DNA from: Defluviicoccus sp.
GTDB lineage: Bacteria; Pseudomonadota; Alphaproteobacteria; Rhodospirillales; Defluviicoccaceae
Direction: 5' to 3'
DNA length: 64,000 nucleotides
Assembly (NCBI GenBank): GCA_029624735.1
Contig: JARSSM010000016.1
Location: 5,993 to 69,992, forward strand
Part shown: in pieces, positions 28,407-38,228 of the stretch
Layout of the letters: every line of letters begins with the position of its first letter
Numbering within the stretch: the first letter of the stretch is position 1
The notes under the pieces: generated by a model
Seen by the model: only the letters and a program-made list of their open reading frames with translations
Database searches by the model: none
What the model was told of the DNA's origin: nothing
Made by a program: the position numbers and the translations under genes

Positions 28407-29624
28407 ATGCAGCCTACGCGCTCGCTGCCGGTCGCAGCACCTGCCACGTGGCCCGCGATTGCGCTCGTCTACACGGCGGCGCTCGTGCAGGGGATGACGC
28501 TGGTGAGCTTCCCGGCCTTGAGTGGCGTGCTCAAGGAAACGCTCGCACTTTCCGATGCCGCCTACGGTGCCATCTTCCTGCCTCAGGTCGCCTGTGCCGT
28601 CGCCGGTGCGGTGGCGGGCGGCAGTCTGGCGCGAAAGCTTGGGTTACGGGCGTTGCTCGCACTCGCCCTTGCCTGCAACGGCCTGAGCCAGGCGCTCCTG
28701 GCGGCGACGGCGATGCTCCCTCAATCCGTGGGCGTCGCCATGCTGTTCGCCGGCACCGCCTGCCTTGGCCTCGGCTTCGGGCTGATTGGCGCGCCCATCA
28801 ACAGCTATCCGCGGCTGCTCTTCCCCGCCAAGGGCGAACCGGCGCTGGTTGCCGCCCACACCCTGATCGGCTTGGGCCTGGCGACCGCACCGTTGGCGGC
28901 GGCACCGCTGATCGAGGCCGGCATGTGGGCCAGCCTGCCGCTGATCCTGGCTCTTGTCTGTGCCGCCTTGGCGGCCGCGACGTTGATTACGGCGTTACCA
29001 CAGCCAGCGGACGTCGCGTCCGAGACCCGTCGTCCCCGCCCGCCGGTTGCCGCACCGCTGTTCTGGCTGTTCGCCGCCATCACCGTCATCTACGCCTTCG
29101 CCGAAGGGACCTTTTCCAACTGGGCGGTGATCTATTTGCGTGACAGCCGTGGCCTGCCGGAGATGACCGCGGGCCTGGCACTCTCCGCGTTCTGGGGGGC
29201 GATCGTCGTCGGCCGGCTGGTGATCACGCTCCTTGTCGTGCGCGTGCCGGCACGGCTGATCTGGCTCACGCTGCCGTGCCTGATGATCGCAGCCTTCTGG
29301 CTGCTGCCGTATGCGGGCAGCGCGCTCACCGGCATCGGCTTCTTCGCGCTTGCAGGCCTCGCCTGTTCGGCGTTCCTGCCGCTGACCATCAGCCTCGCGG
29401 TGGAGCGCTTTCCGGAAGCCGTCGCCTGGGTGTCGTCGATGCTGATCGCAGCCTTGATGGTGGGCGTCGGCCTGGGCTCATATCTCGTCGGTGCCCTGCA
29501 GGCGGTGCTGCCGCTGGATGCGCTCTACCGCCTGTCGTCGGTGTACCCGGCGGCCGTGCTGCTGCTCGCCGGCCTCGTGCTGCGCGCACGCATACGCCGC
29601 CCGGAGCCTGCCCCGGCGGCGTGA
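28407..29624 (+). CDS. MFS transporter (sugar-permease-like)
   Basis: About 12 hydrophobic segments; YAFAEGTFSNWAVIYL. Confidence 0.85.
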   Translation: MQPTRSLPVAAPATWPAIALVYTAALVQGMTLVSFPALSGVLKETLALSDAAYGAIFLPQVACAVAGAVAGGSLARKLGLRALLALALACNGLSQALLAATAMLPQSVGVAMLFAGTACLGLGFGLIGAPINSYPRLLFPAKGEPALVAAHTLIGLGLATAPLAAAPLIEAGMWASLPLILALVCAALAAATLITALPQPADVASETRRPRPPVAAPLFWLFAAITVIYAFAEGTFSNWAVIYLRDSRGLPEMTAGLALSAFWGAIVVGRLVITLLVVRVPARLIWLTLPCLMIAAFWLLPYAGSALTGIGFFALAGLACSAFLPLTISLAVERFPEAVAWVSSMLIAALMVGVGLGSYLVGALQAVLPLDALYRLSSVYPAAVLLLAGLVLRARIRRPEPAPAA

Positions 29625-29747
29625 GCACGTGGGGGTGGCAACTGCTTGTCGGCGGTGTGATGACTGGCTTGTGCTTGTGATCGTCTAACCAGATCGCCGG
29701 ACCGGCTCTGAGCGAAGCGGCCAGTGGCGGCGCCAGCCGAAGGATAC

Positions 29748-29796
29748 AAACAAAAGGCCGCGCCCGTCTTCCGCGATGGACGTGAACGGGCGCGGC
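29748..29796 (-). terminator. Probable intrinsic terminator for the 29893-30231 gene
   Basis: 11-bp stem GCCGCGCCCGT/ACGGGCGCGGC with 18-nt loop, followed on minus strand by CTTTTGTTT. Confidence 0.5.
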
Positions 29797-29892
29797 GGAG
29801 TGGACGATCACAATGCTGGACAGACCCGGGGTCGAAATCGCGGCAACTCGAGCGAATGGCGATTTGGACCCGGGTCGTCGAGCATTGATGTG

Positions 29893-30231
29893 CTACCACC
29901 AGCGGTTCGGCAGGCCCTTGATCTGGCAGCCGCCACGCGTGGCGATGTCGTTGATTCCGCACCCTTCGTCCATCTCAACGATAATGTCGCCACTGGCACA
30001 GGACGCCGGCTCGGCGTACATCTGGTAGCCGCTGATCGAGGTGCCGCCGCCCCGACTGGAGGTGTTCCAGGTGTCAACATCCCACTGGACGTTCTTAAGG
30101 TCGGTCCACTTGACGCCGTAATTGGACAACGCATCCGCTACGGCTTTCTGGCACTTGTTGTCTTGCGCCTGCGCGGACAGAGCAAAACCGGATACCGCCA
30201 AGACGGCGGCAAACAACATCGTTGTCTTCAT
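29893..30231 (-). CDS. Hypothetical secreted four-cysteine protein
   Basis: GGAGA RBS; signal peptide ending AQA; C27, C78, C91, C102; natural-looking composition. Confidence 0.7.
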   Translation of the reverse strand: MKTTMLFAAVLAVSGFALSAQAQDNKCQKAVADALSNYGVKWTDLKNVQWDVDTWNTSSRGGGTSISGYQMYAEPASCASGDIIVEMDEGCGINDIATRGGCQIKGLPNRWW

Positions 30232-30285
30232 TGCTCACTTTCTCCCTCTCTCAGTTATCGCAGCAGGCCCTGTCCTGCTGCGGCC

Positions 30286-31062
30286 TCAACCCTGTGAAAC
30301 TTGTTGTCGAAAGTGGGTCGCGCCCGTCGCATAAGATCGGTACGCGCTCGCAGTGCTCGCCGAAATCCAACCTTGCTTCTCTGCGGCTTCCTTCAGTTGC
30401 ACCGCGATTTCGTCCGCCGTCCGCTTGGCTGAACCTTCGATGGTGGCGGAACCATCGATCTCTCCGGCGGCCTTGACCGCGCCCCCGACGATCAAGCCGA
30501 TCGGGTTCGCGGTTGCCGCCAGCACCGCCAGCGGAACGACGACCCCCGGCATCTTTCCGCCGCCGGAGTTGACTTCGGCGCTGCCGAGGAGACGCAAACC
30601 CTGAGCGGTCATCTGGTAGCCTTCGACCGCTGTCATCAGCTTGGCATCACCGGCACCGAACCCGACAAGCACTCGCTCGGCGGCGCTACCTTTGTCAACC
30701 GAGACGAAATAGCCCCTGATGACAATGTCGTTGATCGCGGGTGCCGGTTGCCCGGCAGCGCGCACCGCGGGCAGCCCTGCATCGCTCAGATTCGCGACGA
30801 GTTCCTTCGCGACTTCAGCCCCCAGTTTGCGGGTGACCGCGAGCTGATCGGCAGTCGGTGCGACCGCGCCAGCGGTATGATCGGCAAAGGCCGAACCGGG
30901 CGGGACCTCGGCGGGGTTGGCCGTAAAGTCATGGATGATGATCCGCTCCGGCCGCGGGAGCGTTGCGCCGTCGTAACGGTGGCGCTCGGTCACCTCGGTC
31001 GACGCGCACGCCGTTATCACGACAACGGCGAAAAACAACGTCATGGCACTACGAATGGACAC
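30286..31062 (-). CDS. DUF4410-like lipoprotein
   Basis: Lipobox ITAC; IIIHDF, IRGYFVSVDKGSAAERVLVGFGAG, GKMPG. Confidence 0.65.
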   Translation of the reverse strand: MSIRSAMTLFFAVVVITACASTEVTERHRYDGATLPRPERIIIHDFTANPAEVPPGSAFADHTAGAVAPTADQLAVTRKLGAEVAKELVANLSDAGLPAVRAAGQPAPAINDIVIRGYFVSVDKGSAAERVLVGFGAGDAKLMTAVEGYQMTAQGLRLLGSAEVNSGGGKMPGVVVPLAVLAATANPIGLIVGGAVKAAGEIDGSATIEGSAKRTADEIAVQLKEAAEKQGWISASTASAYRSYATGATHFRQQVSQG

Positions 31063-31152
31063 CGGATTGCGTCTCCAAGAACTGATCCCCGAACTCCGCG
31101 CCTCGGCAGGGTAGGGACGGCCGTTACCGCTCTTGCCGCTCTCTTGCTTGTC

Positions 31153-33813
31153 TCACTCGCTTGTCTTGTTGTTACGCTGTGCTGCCTTCAACTTTTCTGT
31201 GTCTTCCGCCGACAGCTGCGGCCGGTCGATCGTCAGCGTGATCTTGTCGATCTTGCCCGTGAAGGCGAACGGCACCTGATAGTCGGCGTCATCCACCGGC
31301 GTTCCGGTGTCTGAGCCGACGTCGAGGTTCTCGTCCCACTGCATGATCAACGGTAGTGTCCGTTCCATCGTCTTGGTCACGACCTCGTTGCCGTCGACCT
31401 TGAGAACGCCTGTACCGCTGCGGCCGATGCCGCTCATGCTTGCGTAGGCGAGGGTGCCCATGCCCAGCCCGTCGTACTTGAAATCGAACTCGAGCGTGTG
31501 CTTGCCAGGCGTCAGCTCGGGCCCCTCCCAGCGGATCCGCTTTAGGTCCACTAAGTTCCACAGAAATACGGGCCTGTTTTTCAGCACGTAAAACCCATAG
31601 CCCGCGAACCGCCCACCTTGAGTGATCAACATTCCCTCGGCACCGCCCGCCGGGATTTCGACCTCTGCCATGAGCTTGTACGATGCGTTGAGAACGCTCG
31701 GTGCATCGCCGTTCGGCGTACCTGTCAGCGGCGCTGTCCACGTGAACACGTTGCGGCCAGCGGTGATGCTCGGGCGCGGGGTGATGAGCCGGGTCGCCAC
31801 AGTGGCATCCAGCGGCAACACCTGGTATTTCTTGGCTTCCTTCCAGAAGATGTCCTGCAGTTCCTTCAGCTTCTCGGGGTACTTCGCTGCGACGTCTTCC
31901 GACTGAGTCCAGTCCTTGTTCAGGTCATAGAGTTCCCAGGGGAAAGTGGCCGGGTCTGCGCCCAGCCCGCCGGCGATGACCCAGGGCGGCCGCATCACCT
32001 TGGTACTGGCGATCCAGCCGTCGTGGTAGATGGCGTGGTCGCCAAACATCTCGAAGTACTGGGTCTTGTGGGTCGAGGGTGCATTCGCCTTCTTTTCGTC
32101 GAAGGTGTACAGCATGCTGACGCCCTCGATGGGGCTCTGCCGTATGCCGTCGACGACCTCGGGCTGGCGGATTCCAGCAGCCTCCAGGATCGTCGGAACG
32201 ATGTCGATAACGTGGTGGAACTGGTGGCGGATGCCGCCCTGATCCTTGATCACCTTGGGCCATGAAATCGCCATGCCCTGGCGCACGCCGCCGAAGTGCG
32301 AAGCGATCTGCTTCGTCCAGGAGAAGGGGGTGTCGAAGGCCCAGGCCCACGGTACCGCCATGTGGTTATAGGTCTGCTCGGAGCCCCAAACGTCATAGAA
32401 CTCCTTGAGCTGGACCTCCACCGGCACCTCGACACCATTGAACATGGCCACCTCATTGGGGGTGCCAAGCAGGGTGCCCTCGGCGCTGGTGCCGTTGTCG
32501 CCGTTAATATAGATGATCAGGGTGTTGTCGAGCTTGCCGATGTCTTCGACCGCTTGGATGACCCGGCCGATTTCGTGGTCGGTGTAGGCGACGTAAGCCG
32601 CAAAGACATCGACCTGACGCAGGAACAGCTTCTTTTCATCGTCGCTGAGCTGATCCCAGCGCTTCAACAGGTCGTCCGGCCAGGGCGTGAGCTTGGCGTC
32701 CTTGGGGATCACGCCGAGCTTCTTTTGGTTCTCGAAGATGGTTTCGCGCAGCTTGTTCCAACCGGCGTCGAACAAGTGCATGTCGCTGATTTTCTTGATC
32801 CACTCCGGGGTCGGGTGGTGCGGCGCGTGGGTGCCGCCGGGCACGTAGTAGACAAAGAACGGCTGATCCGGCGTGAGGGTATTGACCTGGTTGATGTAGG
32901 CAATGGCGTCGTCGGCCATTGCGGTGATGAGATTGAACTTCGGGTTGCCGACGAACGGATAGATGTAGGTGGTGTTGCGAGCCAGATTCGCCGGCTGCCA
33001 CTGATTGGTATCGCCGCCCATGAAGCCGTAGAAGTACTCGAAGCCCATGCCGACCGGCCACTGGTCGAAGGGGCCGATCGCAGTCGCCTGGAATGCCGGC
33101 GTGTTATGGTTCTTGCCGAACCACGAGGTGCGGTAGCCGTTGTCCTTGAGGATCCTGCCGATCGTTGCCTTGTCCCTGGTGATGACCGAATCATAGCCGG
33201 GAAAGCCGGTGGCCTGTTCGGCAATGACGCCGTAACCAACCGAGTGGTGGTTGCGCCCGGTGATCAGGGCGGCCCGGGTCGGGGAGCAGAGCGCGGTCGA
33301 GTTGAAGTTGGTGTAGCGCAGGCCGCTGTTGGCGATCCGGTCTAAGGATGGTGTCGGGATCACGCCACCGAAGGTGCTCGTGACCCCAAAACCGGAGTCA
33401 TCGGTCATGATGAGGAGCACGTTGGGCGCACCCGCGGGCGGCTCGATGCGGGCCGGCCAGTAGGGTTTGGAGCCCTCGGTTGTGCGTTCGATCGTGCCCT
33501 TGAACTCTTGCGGCGGTGCTGGAAGCTGTACACCGTCAATAGCGATTGTGGCACTCGGCGAGCCCGGCACGCCAGCGACCTTGCCGTGACCATGCGAGCT
33601 GATCCAGCGGTCGCTCTGCGGCACGCCTGCAGGCTCGATGATCGGCACGCCTGCGCGTTGACGGGCTTCTTCAGCACCTGCAGCCGAGGCATGGCCCAGG
33701 GCAAGCGCGGTTGCGACGAGCACGGCGATAACGGGCGATAGGAGGCCCCCTCGGTCTGCGCTAACGGACGCTGCGCTTGATGCGAGCACGCTCTTCATGA
33801 GAGACCCGCTCAT
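31153..33813 (-). CDS. Arylsulfatase (Cys-type, formylglycine-dependent)
   Basis: AGGGGAGG RBS before ATG 33813; PNVLLIMTDD, LCSPTRAALITGR, FGKNHN, GDNG. Confidence 0.92.
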   Translation of the reverse strand: MSGSLMKSVLASSAASVSADRGGLLSPVIAVLVATALALGHASAAGAEEARQRAGVPIIEPAGVPQSDRWISSHGHGKVAGVPGSPSATIAIDGVQLPAPPQEFKGTIERTTEGSKPYWPARIEPPAGAPNVLLIMTDDSGFGVTSTFGGVIPTPSLDRIANSGLRYTNFNSTALCSPTRAALITGRNHHSVGYGVIAEQATGFPGYDSVITRDKATIGRILKDNGYRTSWFGKNHNTPAFQATAIGPFDQWPVGMGFEYFYGFMGGDTNQWQPANLARNTTYIYPFVGNPKFNLITAMADDAIAYINQVNTLTPDQPFFVYYVPGGTHAPHHPTPEWIKKISDMHLFDAGWNKLRETIFENQKKLGVIPKDAKLTPWPDDLLKRWDQLSDDEKKLFLRQVDVFAAYVAYTDHEIGRVIQAVEDIGKLDNTLIIYINGDNGTSAEGTLLGTPNEVAMFNGVEVPVEVQLKEFYDVWGSEQTYNHMAVPWAWAFDTPFSWTKQIASHFGGVRQGMAISWPKVIKDQGGIRHQFHHVIDIVPTILEAAGIRQPEVVDGIRQSPIEGVSMLYTFDEKKANAPSTHKTQYFEMFGDHAIYHDGWIASTKVMRPPWVIAGGLGADPATFPWELYDLNKDWTQSEDVAAKYPEKLKELQDIFWKEAKKYQVLPLDATVATRLITPRPSITAGRNVFTWTAPLTGTPNGDAPSVLNASYKLMAEVEIPAGGAEGMLITQGGRFAGYGFYVLKNRPVFLWNLVDLKRIRWEGPELTPGKHTLEFDFKYDGLGMGTLAYASMSGIGRSGTGVLKVDGNEVVTKTMERTLPLIMQWDENLDVGSDTGTPVDDADYQVPFAFTGKIDKITLTIDRPQLSAEDTEKLKAAQRNNKTSE

Positions 33814-34158
33814 AACGCCCTCCCCTACGGAGCATTCTTCTGACAATAAGCGAAGGGCGATCCCACTGACAATAGGTGAATAGTGGGCAGCCTTCTTGCC
33901 GTACTGCCCCATCCGGTGGCGCTATCGCCGCTACCCTGGCAGCCGGCGCGGCGCCTTGGGTCAAGCAGCCTCCGGGCGGAAGGCGGCGTGGCCCTGTTTC
34001 TCAACAGGGTGACGCGTTTGGCGCACGATGATGAGAAGCGGCTGCGGCATACGCGCAAAACCCGCTTTACGAGGAAATGCTGTACGGCATGCCTGTTGAC
34101 CGCTAAGTCGGAGTCTTGTTGCGCCGGTGAAGGTGCGCGGCGGCAGAGGGAGCGGGCA

Positions 34159-34626
34159 ATGATAGAATGGCAGACAATTCTTGGGCATTTCGCGGTTCAA
34201 CTGGTGCTGGTGGCTCTTACTGTCTTGATCCACGCAGCCGCGATGATCCTCGTGCTTCGTCACTTCGTGCGGAGCGTTCCGCCCGAAGGAGTGCATGTCC
34301 CTTTCCTCCGCTCAGTCGCTTTCCTATTTTATATCGTTTGCTTGATCCTGGCAGCGCATCTTGTCGAGATGGTGGTTTGGGGGCTGGCATTTCACCTGAT
34401 CGGCATATTTCCTAACTCATTCACGGCATATTACTTCGCGATCGAGACCTATACGACGCTTGGCTATGGTGACGTGCTGCTTCCTCATGATTGGCGCCTG
34501 ACTTCCGGCTGGCTGGCCACCACCGGACTGTTGATGTTCGGCTGGTCAACGGCTGTTTTCGCGACCATCATCGACCGTCTGAACGAAAGCCGCATACAAC
34601 GCGTGGTGGAGCGCCGGAAGGCGTGA
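34159..34626 (+). CDS. Small two-TM-core potassium channel family protein (Ion_trans_2)
   Basis: YFAIETYTTLGYGD selectivity filter flanked by TM helices. Confidence 0.8.
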   Translation: MIEWQTILGHFAVQLVLVALTVLIHAAAMILVLRHFVRSVPPEGVHVPFLRSVAFLFYIVCLILAAHLVEMVVWGLAFHLIGIFPNSFTAYYFAIETYTTLGYGDVLLPHDWRLTSGWLATTGLLMFGWSTAVFATIIDRLNESRIQRVVERRKA

Positions 34627-34668
34627 CCGCGCTTGGGAGACGGCCCGCGCGGGATGTGGCGGCAGAGC

Positions 34669-35658
34669 TCACCGATCCCTGTTTCGCGCGAGGACGGCAT
34701 CGCTGCAATCCGCGTTGGCATGGGTGACTTCGACAACCGAGGGATCGGGTTCGCGCAGCCAAAACGCCACTCGGGTCGCAGCCTCAGGCTTCAGGTGCAG
34801 CGGGTCGAGGTAGATGGCGCGCTCTGCCGTCAGGCGGCTCTCGATGTCAAAGTCGTAGACGGTGGCGATGCCCTTCAGCCATGCCTTGAAGGCGTGATAC
34901 TCCTCGCCCGCCTGGGCCAACAAGATGTGACGCAACTCCTGATTGACGGGCGGAATGACGAGGATGACGTTCGCGCCGCGGCTTCTGAGGCGGCACACGG
35001 TCTGGTGCAGCGCGGCTTTGAGCTGCGCCGCCCCGATGCGGGACCCGATTGCCGCCGTCTCTCGGCGCATGAGGTACTGCCAATGCGCCTTCTCCTCCAG
35101 AGCGGGCGCATCGGACACGAGGATTTGACCCGAAGCTGCGTAAAGGAGGTTGGCAAACGAAGCGCGTAGCGCGGTCAGGCTGGTGTTTAGGGTGAATCCG
35201 TTTTCAATCACGCCGAGGTTTTGGCGGAAGTTGGTGCCGGTCTTGCTGTCGTCGAGCGCGCGGAACGAAACGCCGATGATAAAGGTGTGCACGGACGGGC
35301 GTTCTTCGACAACGTAGTTGATCACATCCAGCACATCGCGCAGCGACGCGCCGCCGATCGAGAAATTGAATGCTTTTGTGTTCGTGCCCTCGGTGTAGCC
35401 AGCCACCGGCAGGGCGCGCATGACGCTGTTGCCGAAAAAGACGACGCTCGCATCCGCCGCATGAAACTGCGCAGCTGCCAGCACATTGCGCGCGATCGGT
35501 CGCGACACCAGTTCCCGATCCAGCTCAAGGACCGTCACCTTGTTATAGCCGAAGGGATCGACCGTGTAGTTGATTGCGTAGACAAATCCCAGAATCACTG
35601 CTGCAACAACCGCAATGCGCAGCATGTAGGTCTGGTAAGTCTTGCACGTTTTGCGCAT
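34669..35658 (-). CDS. Membrane-anchored SGNH-like protein (AlgJ/PatB/DltD-type partner)
   Basis: N-terminal TM then NYTVDPFG; FFGNS (block I), FNFSIGG, YLDPLHL (DxxH); starts 2 nt after MBOAT stop. Confidence 0.6.
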   Translation of the reverse strand: MRKTCKTYQTYMLRIAVVAAVILGFVYAINYTVDPFGYNKVTVLELDRELVSRPIARNVLAAAQFHAADASVVFFGNSVMRALPVAGYTEGTNTKAFNFSIGGASLRDVLDVINYVVEERPSVHTFIIGVSFRALDDSKTGTNFRQNLGVIENGFTLNTSLTALRASFANLLYAASGQILVSDAPALEEKAHWQYLMRRETAAIGSRIGAAQLKAALHQTVCRLRSRGANVILVIPPVNQELRHILLAQAGEEYHAFKAWLKGIATVYDFDIESRLTAERAIYLDPLHLKPEAATRVAFWLREPDPSVVEVTHANADCSDAVLARNRDR

Positions 35659-35660
35659 TC

Positions 35661-37226
35661 TCAGAACTGAAAGTAGATGAACTCAGACGTTCGATTAAGG
35701 CACAACACGGAAATGCCGAGTGCCACCGCCGTCACGGTGGCGCCCAGGGTGTTGACGCGCCAACGCAGCCAGGTCCGCCAATGATGCTGCTCGTTCCAGT
35801 ACATGTTGGAGCAGGTTGGCCGGTAGCGGCCGACGATCTGCTCGACATTCGGAACGAACCAGACCAGGAGCAAGGACGCAGCGATGGTTGCCACCATCAT
35901 CCCCCAGTCGCGCAGCGGCACGAACTGGCTGGCGCCGAAGGAAACGCCGAGGTCCTTCAGCAATGCCGCTGCCCCCCCGGTGTAGGCCTCCACGTCGCCC
36001 GGGAAGGTCGGCCCCTGAAACAGCATCGCTTGGACCATGATCATGGCGCCGTCCACGGTGCCTGCGCGGAAGACCACACGGCTGAAGACGACGCAGATGA
36101 AGGTGATGAGGACGGCGATCGGCAGCGGAATCTGCGGCAGCGGCCGGCCGCGGCGGGCAGCAACCGCTTGACGGAAGCCCAGCCAGCTTCGGTTGACGAT
36201 AAGATACACCCCATGCATGGCCCCCCAGATGACGTAGGTCCAGCCGGCGCCGTGCCAAATGCCGGCGATCAGCATGGTCAGAAAGAGGTTAATGGCGCCG
36301 CGCGTCTTGCCGCGCCGGTTGCCGCCCAACGGAATGTAAACGTAGTGAAGCAAGAACCGGGACAGCGTCATATGCCAGCGGCGCCAGAAATCGATGATAT
36401 TGGCCGCCTTGTGCGGGGAGAAGAAGTTCAACGGAAAGCGAATACCGAACAGGCGTGCCAGTCCGATCGCCATGTCGGAGTAGCCCGAGAAATCGAAGTA
36501 GATCTGCTGCGTATAGGCGACGGCGGCTGTCCAGGCCTCCACGGTCGTCACGGGCAGGCCGGCATCAGCGCCAGCGAATACCGGCGTTGCGAAAACAGCA
36601 AGCGAATCCGCGATGACGACCTTTTTGAACAGGCCAGCAACAAAAATAGTCGTGCCGACGGCGATGTTCGAGTAGCGAAAGTTCTGACGGCGACGGGTAA
36701 ACTGCGGCATCATCTCCGAATGATGCAGAATAGGTCCAGCGATCAGATGCGGGAAGAACGTGACAAAGAGAACATAATCCACAAGGCCGTGCTCTGAGAC
36801 CTTGTCCTGCTGAGCGTCAACAAGATACGCTATCTGCGTGAACGTGAAGAACGATATGCCGATTGGTAGAATTATGGCCGGCCACGTTACGTCGATTCCC
36901 ACAAGTGCCAGATTATCGAGGAAAAAGTTCCAATACTTATAGTATCCAAGCAACAAGAGGTTACAACAGATCCCGAAAATCATTATCAAGCGCTTGCGAT
37001 GAGAATGTTTGCTGCCGATTATCACGTGACCAACGGTAAAGTTGAACGCGATAGACAGCGTCAAGAGGATTACATAGCTTGCATTAAAGAAGCCGTAGAA
37101 ATAGATAGACGCCATTGCCAGAAAAACCTTGGCGCAAACCAGGCGGCTATTTAGGACAAAAAAATAGTATACGGTAAAAACAACCGGCAGATAGCAGAAT
37201 ATGAAAAAGTATGAGTTGAATAACAT
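35661..37226 (-). CDS. MBOAT family O-acyltransferase (AlgI/PatA-like)
   Basis: MLFNSYFF, LPIGISFFTF, FFPHLIAGPI, YFDFSGYSDMAIG, FWRRWH, GIWHGAGW, FIYFQF. Confidence 0.92.
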   Translation of the reverse strand: MLFNSYFFIFCYLPVVFTVYYFFVLNSRLVCAKVFLAMASIYFYGFFNASYVILLTLSIAFNFTVGHVIIGSKHSHRKRLIMIFGICCNLLLLGYYKYWNFFLDNLALVGIDVTWPAIILPIGISFFTFTQIAYLVDAQQDKVSEHGLVDYVLFVTFFPHLIAGPILHHSEMMPQFTRRRQNFRYSNIAVGTTIFVAGLFKKVVIADSLAVFATPVFAGADAGLPVTTVEAWTAAVAYTQQIYFDFSGYSDMAIGLARLFGIRFPLNFFSPHKAANIIDFWRRWHMTLSRFLLHYVYIPLGGNRRGKTRGAINLFLTMLIAGIWHGAGWTYVIWGAMHGVYLIVNRSWLGFRQAVAARRGRPLPQIPLPIAVLITFICVVFSRVVFRAGTVDGAMIMVQAMLFQGPTFPGDVEAYTGGAAALLKDLGVSFGASQFVPLRDWGMMVATIAASLLLVWFVPNVEQIVGRYRPTCSNMYWNEQHHWRTWLRWRVNTLGATVTAVALGISVLCLNRTSEFIYFQF

Positions 37227-38228
37227 TGCCTACTCCCCCCTCGACGGCCTCTGGCCGCGATGCCCCTCTCAAGGATATGCAAATGCTGTGGTCGCTGTGC
37301 GTGATTTACGATTGCACGAGCAGCCCGTAAGCGCACGCGCGACTACTAAGATGGTAACAGAGTCCACAAAAAACACTAGTCCATTTTTGGGTGCTTATTC
37401 CAAGCAATGTTCCCCATATGGGTCGTCATCAGTTCCTTGTCTCCTGGCGACGCTTTCAGGAATGCAATGACAGGTGGTGATATAGAGAGTGTGCTTGTCC
37501 GGCCCGTATGAGTACTTTTATGAGAGTTTCGCGTGCGCAACGCCATCATTCAGCCGCTTTGAGCCGGTAGCGCGCCGTCATCGTGTGCGCCCCGGTACGG
37601 GTGCGGTCTGTTCTCGGCGATTTGATTCTGGGGACGGGGAGTACACCATGGCCGCGTTCGGGAGCAAGGCTGCCGGGAGCGATGGAACAACGCTGCTGCC
37701 GCACGGCGAAAATGGGCCCGCGCAGGGGTGTGAACCGGGAGGTCAGCGTGGCCAGCTGCCTGGCGGGAGTCTTTACACCGGCCGTGGTAAACGCTATGTT
37801 CTATAAAGAGTCATGAGCTGTTCTGGTTTTGCGGGGAGGCGGGCAGGGTATTGACGACAGGCGGTGCGATCGCGGCCGGTGGATGAAGACTTGATGATGA
37901 CAGCGGCTTGCCGGCAGGACGACAGCGGCGGCGAAGACAGACGACCAAAGGCGACGAATGACGACAGCTGACGACGCAAGCGGGCGGCGCCGGTGCCTGG
38001 CCGTCGGTGAGGTAAGTCGCTGTCGTGTCTCGGGAATCCACCGCAATGCGCCCGGCCCCCAATTCCGGGTTCGACGCCCGGCGGCCGGGAGGAATCCTTT
38101 TGTCGCGATGGTGGTATGCGAAATCGCCACGCGACCTCCGCGCAGGTTCGTGCTAGCATTGGTTTTGGGTGCGCGCTTGGCCGGCTCGGCGGTGACACGC
38201 GTGCGAAATGAGGGATAAGGAGGCCGAA

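Noticed and set aside
33883-34158. N-terminal extension of the K+ channel ORF
   Set aside because: Basic, low-complexity translation; ATG 34159 with upstream GGGAG is the better start
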